Source: Planctomycetota bacterium (GTDB lineage: Bacteria > Planctomycetota > UBA8108 > SXIK01). Taken from it: a stretch of DNA of 64,000 nucleotides. Positions 47,641 through 55,398 of this stretch are shown in pieces. Under the pieces are notes generated by a model. That model was given only the letters and a program-made list of their open reading frames with translations, ran no database searches and had not been told where the DNA came from. The stretch covers positions 5,792,001 through 5,856,000 of the forward strand of contig CBDCXR010000004.1 of NCBI GenBank assembly GCA_965223845.1, written 5' to 3'. A program made the position numbers and the translations under genes. Position 1 is the first letter of the stretch; every line of letters starts with the position of its first letter.

Positions 47641-48435
47641 ATGCCCCGAACGCTGTCCCCCACTCTCCCGGAGTGGCTCTACGAGTCCCCGATCGACGGT
47701 TCGCTCCTCGTGCTCGTTCCGGCCGGCGAGTTCGTCGCGGGGGGAAGCGAGCGTCACGAAGGCCGAAGCGGCCGCTTCCCGGTCCAACTGCCGGCGTTCT
47801 ATATCGCGCTTCACGCGGTGACGAACGCGCAGTACCGGCGTTTCCTTCGTGCGGCGGATTATCCTCCGCCGCGTCACGGGGACTTCGGTGATCACGTCTG
47901 GCGCGCGGGCGAACCCGCCGACGACGACTTCGAGGGAAAAGCGCACCACCCGGTCGTCCACGTGACTTGGCACGACGCCGCCTCGTACGCGCACTGGGCC
48001 GGGCTCCGTCTTCCGACCGAGCTCGAGTGGGAGAAGGCCGCGCGCGGGAGCGACGGCCGGCGCTTTCCGTGGGGTGAAGACTGGGATCCCGAGCGATGCC
48101 GAAACGACGAGAGTCGAAGGCGCGAGACGACGAGTGATGTGTGGAGCCATCCCAGGTCGTGCAGTCACTGGGGCTGCTACCAGATGAGCGGGAACGTTTG
48201 GGAATGGTGCGCGGACTGGTTCGCCGAGGACGCCTATCGCCGCTATGCGCGTGGTGAGCGCGCGCCGCCCGAGCGCGGCGAGGAGCGCGTTGTTCGCGGG
48301 GGATCGTGGTTCAACGCCGCGGCGGAGAGCTTCCAGGCTTGCTCGCGCTTCGGGCTCGCGCCGCTCAAGTGCGGGGATCACTACGGGTTCCGGCTCGCGC
48401 TCGATGCTGTGCGCGCTGGCCGAAGAGATGGATGA
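47641..48435 (+). CDS. FGE/sulfatase-modifying-factor-fold protein (non-catalytic type)
   Basis: VTNAQY, HPVVHVTWHDA, RLPTELEWEKAARG, MSGNVWEW, RVVRGGSW, YGFRLA; lacks the FGE active-site Cys pair after RGGS. Confidence 0.9.
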   Translation: MPRTLSPTLPEWLYESPIDGSLLVLVPAGEFVAGGSERHEGRSGRFPVQLPAFYIALHAVTNAQYRRFLRAADYPPPRHGDFGDHVWRAGEPADDDFEGKAHHPVVHVTWHDAASYAHWAGLRLPTELEWEKAARGSDGRRFPWGEDWDPERCRNDESRRRETTSDVWSHPRSCSHWGCYQMSGNVWEWCADWFAEDAYRRYARGERAPPERGEERVVRGGSWFNAAAESFQACSRFGLAPLKCGDHYGFRLALDAVRAGRRDG

Positions 48436-49702
48436 GAACGGGCGTGTGAAACTCTTCAAAGAACCCGAGCTCGACCGGTGGCGCCGCGCTTTTCTCGGTG
48501 AGGGATGGCTCGGCACGTTCGGGCATTGGCTCGCCGCACGCCGGCTGCGCACTCGACTCGACCGGGCGGACGTCGTGTCCGTGCTCGTCGAGGGAACGGC
48601 GAGCTCGCGTTCGCGCGTCCGTGATCGCGCGTCCGAATTGCTGCGCGCACTTCGTGCTCCCGCCGCGATCGAAGCCGCGTGCGAGGCCGCGACCGCAGCA
48701 CCGCGGTCCCCCGTCGCGACGATTTGCATCGAGGAGCGCTTCGAGCCGCGGGACGATGAGCGCGCGAGTCTCTTTCTCTTCGTCACCGGCCAGCTCGATC
48801 GGTACTTCGAGCTCGACGAGGACTTCCGCTTTCTCCGCCCGGCGTTTGACCGCGCGAATGCGACCCTCCGGCGCGATCTCCTCCGCGTCCTTCGGAGCGG
48901 TGATCGGCGGTGTCTCGATTTCTTCACGGCGCGTAAGGCGCTCGCGGAGTGTTCCGGAGTCGAGGTCGAATCTGCGCTCCGGTCGTACTGGAAGCACAAG
49001 GACGGCGCGCGGCTCTTTCGCGCGTGCCTCGAGGTACCGCTTCGCTACGGGCTGCCGTATCTGCAGCGGCTCGCACGCGCGAACTGGGAACCGGACGAGC
49101 CGGAGGCGCGGAGCGCGTTCGCGAAGATCGCGCGCGATCTCGAAGGGCTCATTGCGCCGAGCCCGCGCGCGGAGTCCGCGGCGAGCGCGACCTTTTCGGC
49201 TTGGATCGCAGAGGGTCGAGAACGCTCGAGGTCCGCAGCGACGTCGATCGAAGAACTTCTCGCAGCGCTCGGGGATGCCGCCGAGCCCCGAACGCGCGTT
49301 GCGATCGTGGCCGAAATCGCGGAACGGGCCGAGCTCGGGAGCTTGGCGGCGAAGCGCGTCGCTGAACATCCCGACTGGATGGTTCGCCTTGCCGGGGAGA
49401 CGACTGGACTGACGCTCCGCGCAGACGTCGACGAGTCGCCCGACGAAATCTATTGGGTCCGCCGACTCGCACCGGAGTATCCGGTTCTTCAGATCGCGCC
49501 TGCGAAGGCGACGCCCGCGCTTCTCGACTCGCTCGAAGAGACGCGCCCCGAACTGTGGACGGGGCCACTCGGCGTCGCACGGCGAGTCCTTCAGACGCTC
49601 ATGGCCTACCGAGTGACGACGGGGAGCTTCGACGAGGTCGCTGTCGATGTCGGCGCGTACGACGGTGAGTTCGAGCCGATCGAGGACGGGAGCGAGAGAT
49701 GA
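48428..49702 (+). CDS. Hypothetical alpha-helical (HEAT-like) protein
   Basis: Overlaps both neighbours; Leu/Ala/Arg-rich helical composition; LFLFVTGQLDRYFELD segment; acidic C-terminus. Confidence 0.7.
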   Translation: MDENGRVKLFKEPELDRWRRAFLGEGWLGTFGHWLAARRLRTRLDRADVVSVLVEGTASSRSRVRDRASELLRALRAPAAIEAACEAATAAPRSPVATICIEERFEPRDDERASLFLFVTGQLDRYFELDEDFRFLRPAFDRANATLRRDLLRVLRSGDRRCLDFFTARKALAECSGVEVESALRSYWKHKDGARLFRACLEVPLRYGLPYLQRLARANWEPDEPEARSAFAKIARDLEGLIAPSPRAESAASATFSAWIAEGRERSRSAATSIEELLAALGDAAEPRTRVAIVAEIAERAELGSLAAKRVAEHPDWMVRLAGETTGLTLRADVDESPDEIYWVRRLAPEYPVLQIAPAKATPALLDSLEETRPELWTGPLGVARRVLQTLMAYRVTTGSFDEVAVDVGAYDGEFEPIEDGSER

Positions 49703-51324
49703 CGACCTCGATCGCCGTCGACTTCGGGACGAGCAGCACCGCAATCGCGCGGCGCGCCGGCGACGCGGCCCCGCGGACGATCGAGATCCCGGGGATCACG
49801 CGCGCCGTGCGGTTTCGTCGCCGGCGTGACGAGGACCCGGAGACGGCGCATCTCATCCCGTCCGTCATCCACTACGCCGATGGGAAGACGCTGATCGGTG
49901 AGCAGGTCTTCGCGGCGGGCCTCATCGATGACCGAAACACCTGGCGCTGGATGAAGCGGAGCATCGCACTCGGCGCGAACAAGCGAAAGCGCACGCCGCA
50001 AGGTGAGAAGGGCGCGGCCGACGCGGGCGAGGATTTTCTTCGGCTCGTCCTTCGGTACATCTCCGCAGACGTCGCTCTCGATAGCGAACAATTCGTGTTT
50101 ACGGCGCCCGTTGAAGCGTTCGAGGATTTTCAAGATTGGCTTCGCCGGGTCGCCGAGCGCGCCGGGATCGGGCGCGTCCGCATGCTCGACGAGCCGACGG
50201 CGAGCATCCTCGGTTACGAGGGCGCCGTGCGCGAAGAGGATCGCTTCCTCGTTTTCGACTTCGGCGGCGGAACGCTCGACGTCTCTGCCGTGCGGATCGA
50301 TCTCGACGCGAACGACGGCAAGACCGCCGTCCAGCTCGGCCAGGCGGGAAGCGAGCTCGGCGGGATGGACATCGACGGCTGGATCGCGGACGACCTCCTC
50401 GCGCGAGAGGACTTGACGGCGAGCGAGCGAAAGGACGTGCGCCCGGCGGTCCTCTCGGCGGCCGAACGAACGAAGATCGAGCTCTCCGCTCCCGGGAGCG
50501 AGACCGCGGAGCTGTCGTGTTCCGTCGCCGGGCGTGACTTTCGCATGATCTATCGGCGCTCGTGCGAGCGCTGCGCGAGCGGCGATCGTCCGGAGCCGAG
50601 TGAACGCGCTGCGCGCGAAGCCTGTCTCGGCTGTCTCTTATCCTCATCGGACTTTTCCCGGCGCGTACGCGACACCATCGACCGGGCTCTCGAGAACGCG
50701 GCGATACACTCGGGACTTCGCCGGGGCGACCTGAGCGCGGTCGTGCTCACCGGCGGAACGAGTCTCGTCCCGGCGGTGAGGCGTGTTCTCCTCGATGCCT
50801 TCGCCGACAAGGTGAGGCTCGACAGTCCGTACGACGCGGTCGTCCGCGGCGCGCTCGCGGGCTGGGTCGCGCCGCGACTCCAGCACGACTACGCGATCGA
50901 GAGCTTTAGCCGCGAGCGCGGGGAGTTCGAGTTCCGGCCGTTGTTTCGCACGGGAACACCGTACCCTTCGCCCCCGAACGCCGCGCAGTTTTGGGCGAAG
51001 GGAAGCTACGACGGCATGACGCGAATCGGCATCCTTGTCTTCGAGGTCTCGGAGATGACGGAGCGCGTGTTCGACGTCGCCCTCGTCGATGAAACGGGCG
51101 CGCTCCGCGATACGAGTCGCGTGCGAACGGACCGGCGGTACATCTGTCTAAATCGCGACAACCCGACCTTTATCGTCGCGGATCCACCGATCGATCTCGC
51201 GCGCGACGCCGAGCGGTTTCGGTGCAGCTTCGCGGTCGACGGACACCGGCGGCTTCTCGTCACAGTACGGGATGAGATGACGGGAGCGGTGCTCTTCGAG
51301 GGGCACCCGGTGGTTCGGTTGTAG
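49699..51324 (+). CDS. Atypical Hsp70-family protein
   Basis: VDFGTSST, EPTASILGY, VFDFGGGTLDVS, LGGMDID, AERTKIELS, LTGGTSLVPAV, AVVRGA; short beta-rich C-terminus, no DnaK lid. Confidence 0.9.
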   Translation: MTTSIAVDFGTSSTAIARRAGDAAPRTIEIPGITRAVRFRRRRDEDPETAHLIPSVIHYADGKTLIGEQVFAAGLIDDRNTWRWMKRSIALGANKRKRTPQGEKGAADAGEDFLRLVLRYISADVALDSEQFVFTAPVEAFEDFQDWLRRVAERAGIGRVRMLDEPTASILGYEGAVREEDRFLVFDFGGGTLDVSAVRIDLDANDGKTAVQLGQAGSELGGMDIDGWIADDLLAREDLTASERKDVRPAVLSAAERTKIELSAPGSETAELSCSVAGRDFRMIYRRSCERCASGDRPEPSERAAREACLGCLLSSSDFSRRVRDTIDRALENAAIHSGLRRGDLSAVVLTGGTSLVPAVRRVLLDAFADKVRLDSPYDAVVRGALAGWVAPRLQHDYAIESFSRERGEFEFRPLFRTGTPYPSPPNAAQFWAKGSYDGMTRIGILVFEVSEMTERVFDVALVDETGALRDTSRVRTDRRYICLNRDNPTFIVADPPIDLARDAERFRCSFAVDGHRRLLVTVRDEMTGAVLFEGHPVVRL

Positions 51325-51454
51325 GGCGAAGAGAATCGCGTACGGCGGAAGAGGCTCGGTGAAGGACGAATGGACTCCCGATGGCTCGAGTTATCGGACG
51401 CGATTCGCCTTCGAGCAGTCCAGTCCGCAAACCGGCGCCCGCTCCCGACCGACG

Positions 51455-52063
51455 ATGAGAGAAACCCCCTCGCCCCTCGCCGCGATCGGAGACCGACCCG
51501 CCATGCCCCCGCTTCCTCGTTCCGCCCGCATCTTGCGCTCGGCCGTGCTCGCCGGCGGCCTCGCGTTCCTCGTTGCTCTCGCCACGCCCGGCTGCGGCGG
51601 CTCCGCTGCCTCGGCCCCGCCGCCGTGGCTTCTCTCCGCCGAGGTCGACGGCGCGCCCAACATCGCGCCGCTTCACGTTTGGAACGTGTACCTCTACGAC
51701 AACTCGGCGGTTCCCGAAGACTTCGAGTTTCTCGGCGAAGGCATCGCGCTCGTCGGCCGGATCCCGAAGGATCTCAGCGTCGGCTACGCGGAGAACTGGG
51801 AGAAGCTCCTCGGAAAATCGCTTCCGATCTCGCGCTCGGGCGGCGATCCGCGCGCGCGGAAGGAGTCGTACATCGAGTTCACGGGTCACCGCCGCTGGGA
51901 AGTGCGCGGCGGTGAGATCCTCCCCGAGAAACTGAGCGGGTCGAAGGCGGGAAGCGAAGGTGATCGAACGCTTTCGGGTCGGCTGCGCGTACGCGTCCTC
52001 ACGCCGCTCGGGGAAAAGACGATCGAAGGAACGTTCGCGATCCAGGTTGTGAGTTGGGGCTAA
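51455..52063 (+). CDS. Hypothetical lipoprotein (start uncertain)
   Basis: Hydrophobic AVLAGGLAFLVALATPGC then beta-rich domain; typical codon usage. Confidence 0.65.
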   Translation: MRETPSPLAAIGDRPAMPPLPRSARILRSAVLAGGLAFLVALATPGCGGSAASAPPPWLLSAEVDGAPNIAPLHVWNVYLYDNSAVPEDFEFLGEGIALVGRIPKDLSVGYAENWEKLLGKSLPISRSGGDPRARKESYIEFTGHRRWEVRGGEILPEKLSGSKAGSEGDRTLSGRLRVRVLTPLGEKTIEGTFAIQVVSWG

Positions 52064-52214
52064 CGAGAAAACCTCGGGGCGTCCGCGAACCCTGAGCTCG
52101 TCTCGGTACCCGTTCCCGAAACGGACGAGCTAGCGGGCTAAGTTAGCGGACCCACTCCGCGCCTCCGAGATCCACCGCCGAACCGGTTGTCGTCTCCCGC
52201 CCCCATCCCCGAGA

Positions 52215-53753
52215 ATGAGGGCGTCTCCCCAACCGACCGGGCTCGCACACGTGGATCTCCAACAAGAACTCGCCGCACTTCTCGGCGCGGGCATCCCCCT
52301 CGTCCATCTCGTCACCTACGAAGAGGAGCGCGTCGTTCGCCTCCTCGAAGGGATCGAACGCGCCGAAGGGCTCGGTCTCGCGACCTGGGACGCGGCGGAC
52401 GGCTTCTCGGTCATTCGCGAAGGCCGGGAGCCGTTCCCCGTGAAGGACTGCACGTCCGACACCGTGCTCCCTCACCTAGCCGAGAAGATGCCGCCTGGCG
52501 GGATCGTCGTCCTGCGTGACTTTCATCACGCGTGGTCACAAAAGCGCGGCTACGTCACACGAAAGCTCCGGAACATGGCGCCGGAGCTCCGCGCGAAGTC
52601 GCAGTTTCTCTTTTTCACGTCGCCCGTCGCCGAGGTTCCCGTCGAGCTGAAGGACGATCTCGTCGTCGTCCACGTTCCGCTTCCGACGACGGACGAGCTC
52701 GATCTCCTCTTCGAGACGGTGACGGCGCGGCTTCCGCGGGACGTCCTCCCGGCGCCGCCCGTCCGCGCGAAGCTCATCGCTTCGGCACTCGGCCTCACGA
52801 CGAACCAAGCGCGTCTTGCGTTCTCGCGCGTTATGGCACGCTATGAGCGATTCGACGAGCGCGGGATCGAGGTCGTCACCTGGGCGAAGCGAGAAATCAT
52901 CCGCGAGAGCGGCGCGCTCGAGTTCTGGCCGATCAGCGATGCGGACACCCAAGTCGGCGGCCTCGACGTCCTCCGCGAGTGGCTGAAGAAGCGCGCGCTC
53001 GCGTACACCCCCGAGGCGCGCCGCGCGAAGGTGCCGTTTCCGCGAGGAGTTGTGCTCATAGGGATTCCCGGCACGGGAAAGAGCCTCACCGCAAAGCTCC
53101 TCTCTCAGCTTTGGCGCATGCCGCTCCTTCGCCTCGACGTCGGCGCGGTCTTCGGTGCGCTCGTCGGTGAATCGGAGAAGAACATGCGCCGGGCGATCGA
53201 GCTCGCCGAGACGGTGAGTCCGTGCATCCTCTGGATCGATGAGATGGAGAAGGCGTTCGCGGGATCGTCGACGGCGTCGGCGCACCTCTCGAGCGGCGTC
53301 GGAACGCGCGTCTTCGGGACGTTCCTCACCTGGATGCAGGAGCATCGCTCGCCCGTCTTCGTGCTCGCGACGGCAAACGAGATCGCGGGGCTGCCGCCCG
53401 AGCTCATCGGGCGGTTCGATCGGACGTTCTTCCTCGACTTGCCCACCGAGAGCGAGCGGCGGCAGGTGTTCGCCATTCATCTCAAGAAAGCGGGCGAAGC
53501 CTTCCCCGAGCGGCGATTCGACTTGGGCGCGCTCGCCCATCGAGCGGAGGGATTCGTCGGGCGCGAAATCGAGCGGGTCGTGCGCGAAGCGCAATTCACG
53601 GCACTCGCCGGCGGCAACCGGGAGATCGAGGAAGACGACCTCACGCAGGCGCTCGAGGAAGTGGTTCCGCTCAGTCGTTCTCACCGCGAGGTGATCGACG
53701 GACTCCGGCGCTGGGTGCGGGAAGGCCGGGCTTTCCCGGCTTCGGGGGCTTGA
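52215..53753 (+). CDS. Ycf46-like AAA+ ATPase
   Basis: Degenerate N-terminal AAA-like region (TYEEER, LRDFH); VGGLDVLREWL, Walker A GIPGTGKS, RLDVG, Walker B WIDEMEKAF, TWMQE, ATAN, GRFD. Confidence 0.92.
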   Translation: MRASPQPTGLAHVDLQQELAALLGAGIPLVHLVTYEEERVVRLLEGIERAEGLGLATWDAADGFSVIREGREPFPVKDCTSDTVLPHLAEKMPPGGIVVLRDFHHAWSQKRGYVTRKLRNMAPELRAKSQFLFFTSPVAEVPVELKDDLVVVHVPLPTTDELDLLFETVTARLPRDVLPAPPVRAKLIASALGLTTNQARLAFSRVMARYERFDERGIEVVTWAKREIIRESGALEFWPISDADTQVGGLDVLREWLKKRALAYTPEARRAKVPFPRGVVLIGIPGTGKSLTAKLLSQLWRMPLLRLDVGAVFGALVGESEKNMRRAIELAETVSPCILWIDEMEKAFAGSSTASAHLSSGVGTRVFGTFLTWMQEHRSPVFVLATANEIAGLPPELIGRFDRTFFLDLPTESERRQVFAIHLKKAGEAFPERRFDLGALAHRAEGFVGREIERVVREAQFTALAGGNREIEEDDLTQALEEVVPLSRSHREVIDGLRRWVREGRAFPASGA

Positions 53754-53762
53754 GTCTTTTCT

Positions 53763-54100
53763 TGAGGTGAAGATTTCACACGAAGAACGCGAAGTTTCGC
53801 GAAGGAAGACGAAGGAGGAGATATGAAGTTGGTGGGAGAATAAGTGGGGAGAGCGAGAATACATCCATCATCGGGATGGATCCGGGAGTACCGCAGAATA
53901 GTTGTCACGCGATCCCGTTCCCCCTCTCGGCGAAGAGAAAGCCAAGGACGAGGAGACTCGATTGCCGGGGAGAAAAAACGCGTTGCGTGCGAGTCGCGCA
54001 CGACCGACCCTCTTCTCCAATTTGCGTTTTTTCTCTTTCTCTCTTTCCCTTCGTCTTTCTTCGCGTCCCCTTCGCGCCCTTCGTGTGAACCGCTTCCTCA
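53763..54100. repeat. Long imperfect inverted repeat (CACGAAG/CGCGAAG units) bracketing the AAA-DUF1257 intergenic region
   Basis: Left arm 53775-53815 TTCACACGAAGAACGCGAAGTTTCGCGAAGGAAGACGAAGG. Reverse complement of right arm 54048-54089 is TTCACACGAAGGGCGCGAAGGGGACGCGAAGAAAGACGAAGG. Outer TGAGG/CCTCA also pair. Confidence 0.85.
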
Positions 54101-54102
54101 GA

Positions 54103-54492
54103 ATGTCCCACTTCGTCAGAATCCGCACCCAGCTGAAAGAACGAGCCCCTCTCCTCACCGCGCTTCGAGACCTCGGATTCACGACGCGCGAAGGGGAGGC
54201 GATCGAGCTCCGCACTGACGGCCGGGAGGAAGCGGCCGCCGAGATCGTCGCCGCCACCGGCTGCGAGTACGAAATCGGCTTTCGGAAGGTCGGCGATACC
54301 TACGAAATGATCGCCGACTGGTACAACGTCGAGCGCCACACTCCGCATCGTCGGCAAGTGTTCATCGACGCGCTCCGGCAACGCTACGCCTATGCGATCG
54401 TTCGCGAGCAAGCGCGTGCGCAGAATCTCATCGTCGAAGAGGAGACGGATGCGAACGGCGACATCGTCATCGTTCTCTCCGAGCGCGGATAA
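54103..54492 (+). CDS. DUF1257 (Ycf35-like) protein
   Basis: MSHFVRIRTQL...LLTALRDLGF...YEIGF...YEMIADW...QRYAY...GDIVIVL. Confidence 0.92.
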   Translation: MSHFVRIRTQLKERAPLLTALRDLGFTTREGEAIELRTDGREEAAAEIVAATGCEYEIGFRKVGDTYEMIADWYNVERHTPHRRQVFIDALRQRYAYAIVREQARAQNLIVEEETDANGDIVIVLSERG

Positions 54493-54495
54493 GCG

Positions 54496-54693
54496 ATGAA
54501 GAAGATCCGAATCGTCCTCCGAAAGGATGGCTCGCAGTCGCTCGAGGTGATCGGCGCCGAAGGGGATGAGTGCATCGAGCTCACCGCTGAGCTTGAGCGT
54601 CGCCTCGGCTCGATCGATGGTGTGCGCGAGCTGAAGCCGGAGTTCGACGCGGAGACGACCGGTACCGACGAGTCCGAGGTCGAGCACGAATGA
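54496..54693 (+). CDS. DUF2997 small protein
   Basis: IRIVLRKDG...EVIGAEGDECIELTAELERRLG...RELKPEF. Confidence 0.9.
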   Translation: MKKIRIVLRKDGSQSLEVIGAEGDECIELTAELERRLGSIDGVRELKPEFDAETTGTDESEVEHE

Positions 54694-55283
54694 TGCACGG
54701 CGGGGCTCGATCCACCGGCGATGCGGGCGTAAACGTGCGCGTTCACGCGGTCGAGCCGCGGAGTCGCGCGAACGGTCCGGGCATTCGCACCGCGATTTGG
54801 CTTCAGGGCTGCAGTCTCGGGTGCCCGGGCTGCTTCAACCCGGAGACGCACGAACCCCCGGGCGGGACGAGCTGGACGACCGCTCGGCTCAGCGAGTGGA
54901 TCATCGCTCAGAAGAATGCCGTGGAAGGCGTGACCTTTTCGGGTGGCGAGCCTCTCGAGCAGTCCGCCGCTCTCCTCGACATTCTCGAGCGCATCGACGG
55001 ACTCGGCCTCTCCGTCGTGCTCTTCAGCGGCTTTCGTCTGGCGGAGATCGTCGCTCTCCCGTTCGGCGCGCGGGTGCTCGAGCGGGTCGACGTGCTCGTC
55101 GCCGGACGCTACGACGTCCGCCGGCGTACGGCGCGCGGGCTCCTCGGCTCCGCGAACCAGACCGCGTATTTCCTCACGGACCGCTACTCACCGGCTGACC
55201 TCGAGCGCGTCCCCCGCCGCGAGTTGATCATCCGGCGTGACGGCACCGTGACGGCGAGCGGGATCGATCCGGTTCGTCTCTAG
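54690..55283 (+). CDS. NrdG-like radical SAM (4Fe-4S single cluster) protein
   Basis: ANGPGIRTAIWLQGCSLGCPGCFNP (CxxxCxxC), GVTFSGGEP, VDVLVAGRY, GSANQ. Confidence 0.9.
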   Translation: MMHGGARSTGDAGVNVRVHAVEPRSRANGPGIRTAIWLQGCSLGCPGCFNPETHEPPGGTSWTTARLSEWIIAQKNAVEGVTFSGGEPLEQSAALLDILERIDGLGLSVVLFSGFRLAEIVALPFGARVLERVDVLVAGRYDVRRRTARGLLGSANQTAYFLTDRYSPADLERVPRRELIIRRDGTVTASGIDPVRL

Positions 55284-55398
55284 ATCGTCCCGGTTCGCCG
55301 CGCCGAACGGACCCATCGCAGCGGCACCGACCGCGCCGACTCGAATCCCGGCTCGAAGTTGCGCGAGCACCTAGGCGGTGGCCGGAGTTTGAAGAACG

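Noticed and set aside
47641-48435. Diversity-generating retroelement targeting the FGE-fold genes
   Set aside because: No reverse transcriptase and no template repeat resembling either FGE 3' end was found in the window.
49699-51324. Housekeeping dnaK
   Set aside because: Too short and divergent, lacks the lid and canonical linker, and has no grpE or dnaJ neighbours.
53754-54102. CRISPR array or IS element
   Set aside because: The repeats are inverted and degenerate with no regular spacers; no cas or transposase ORF.
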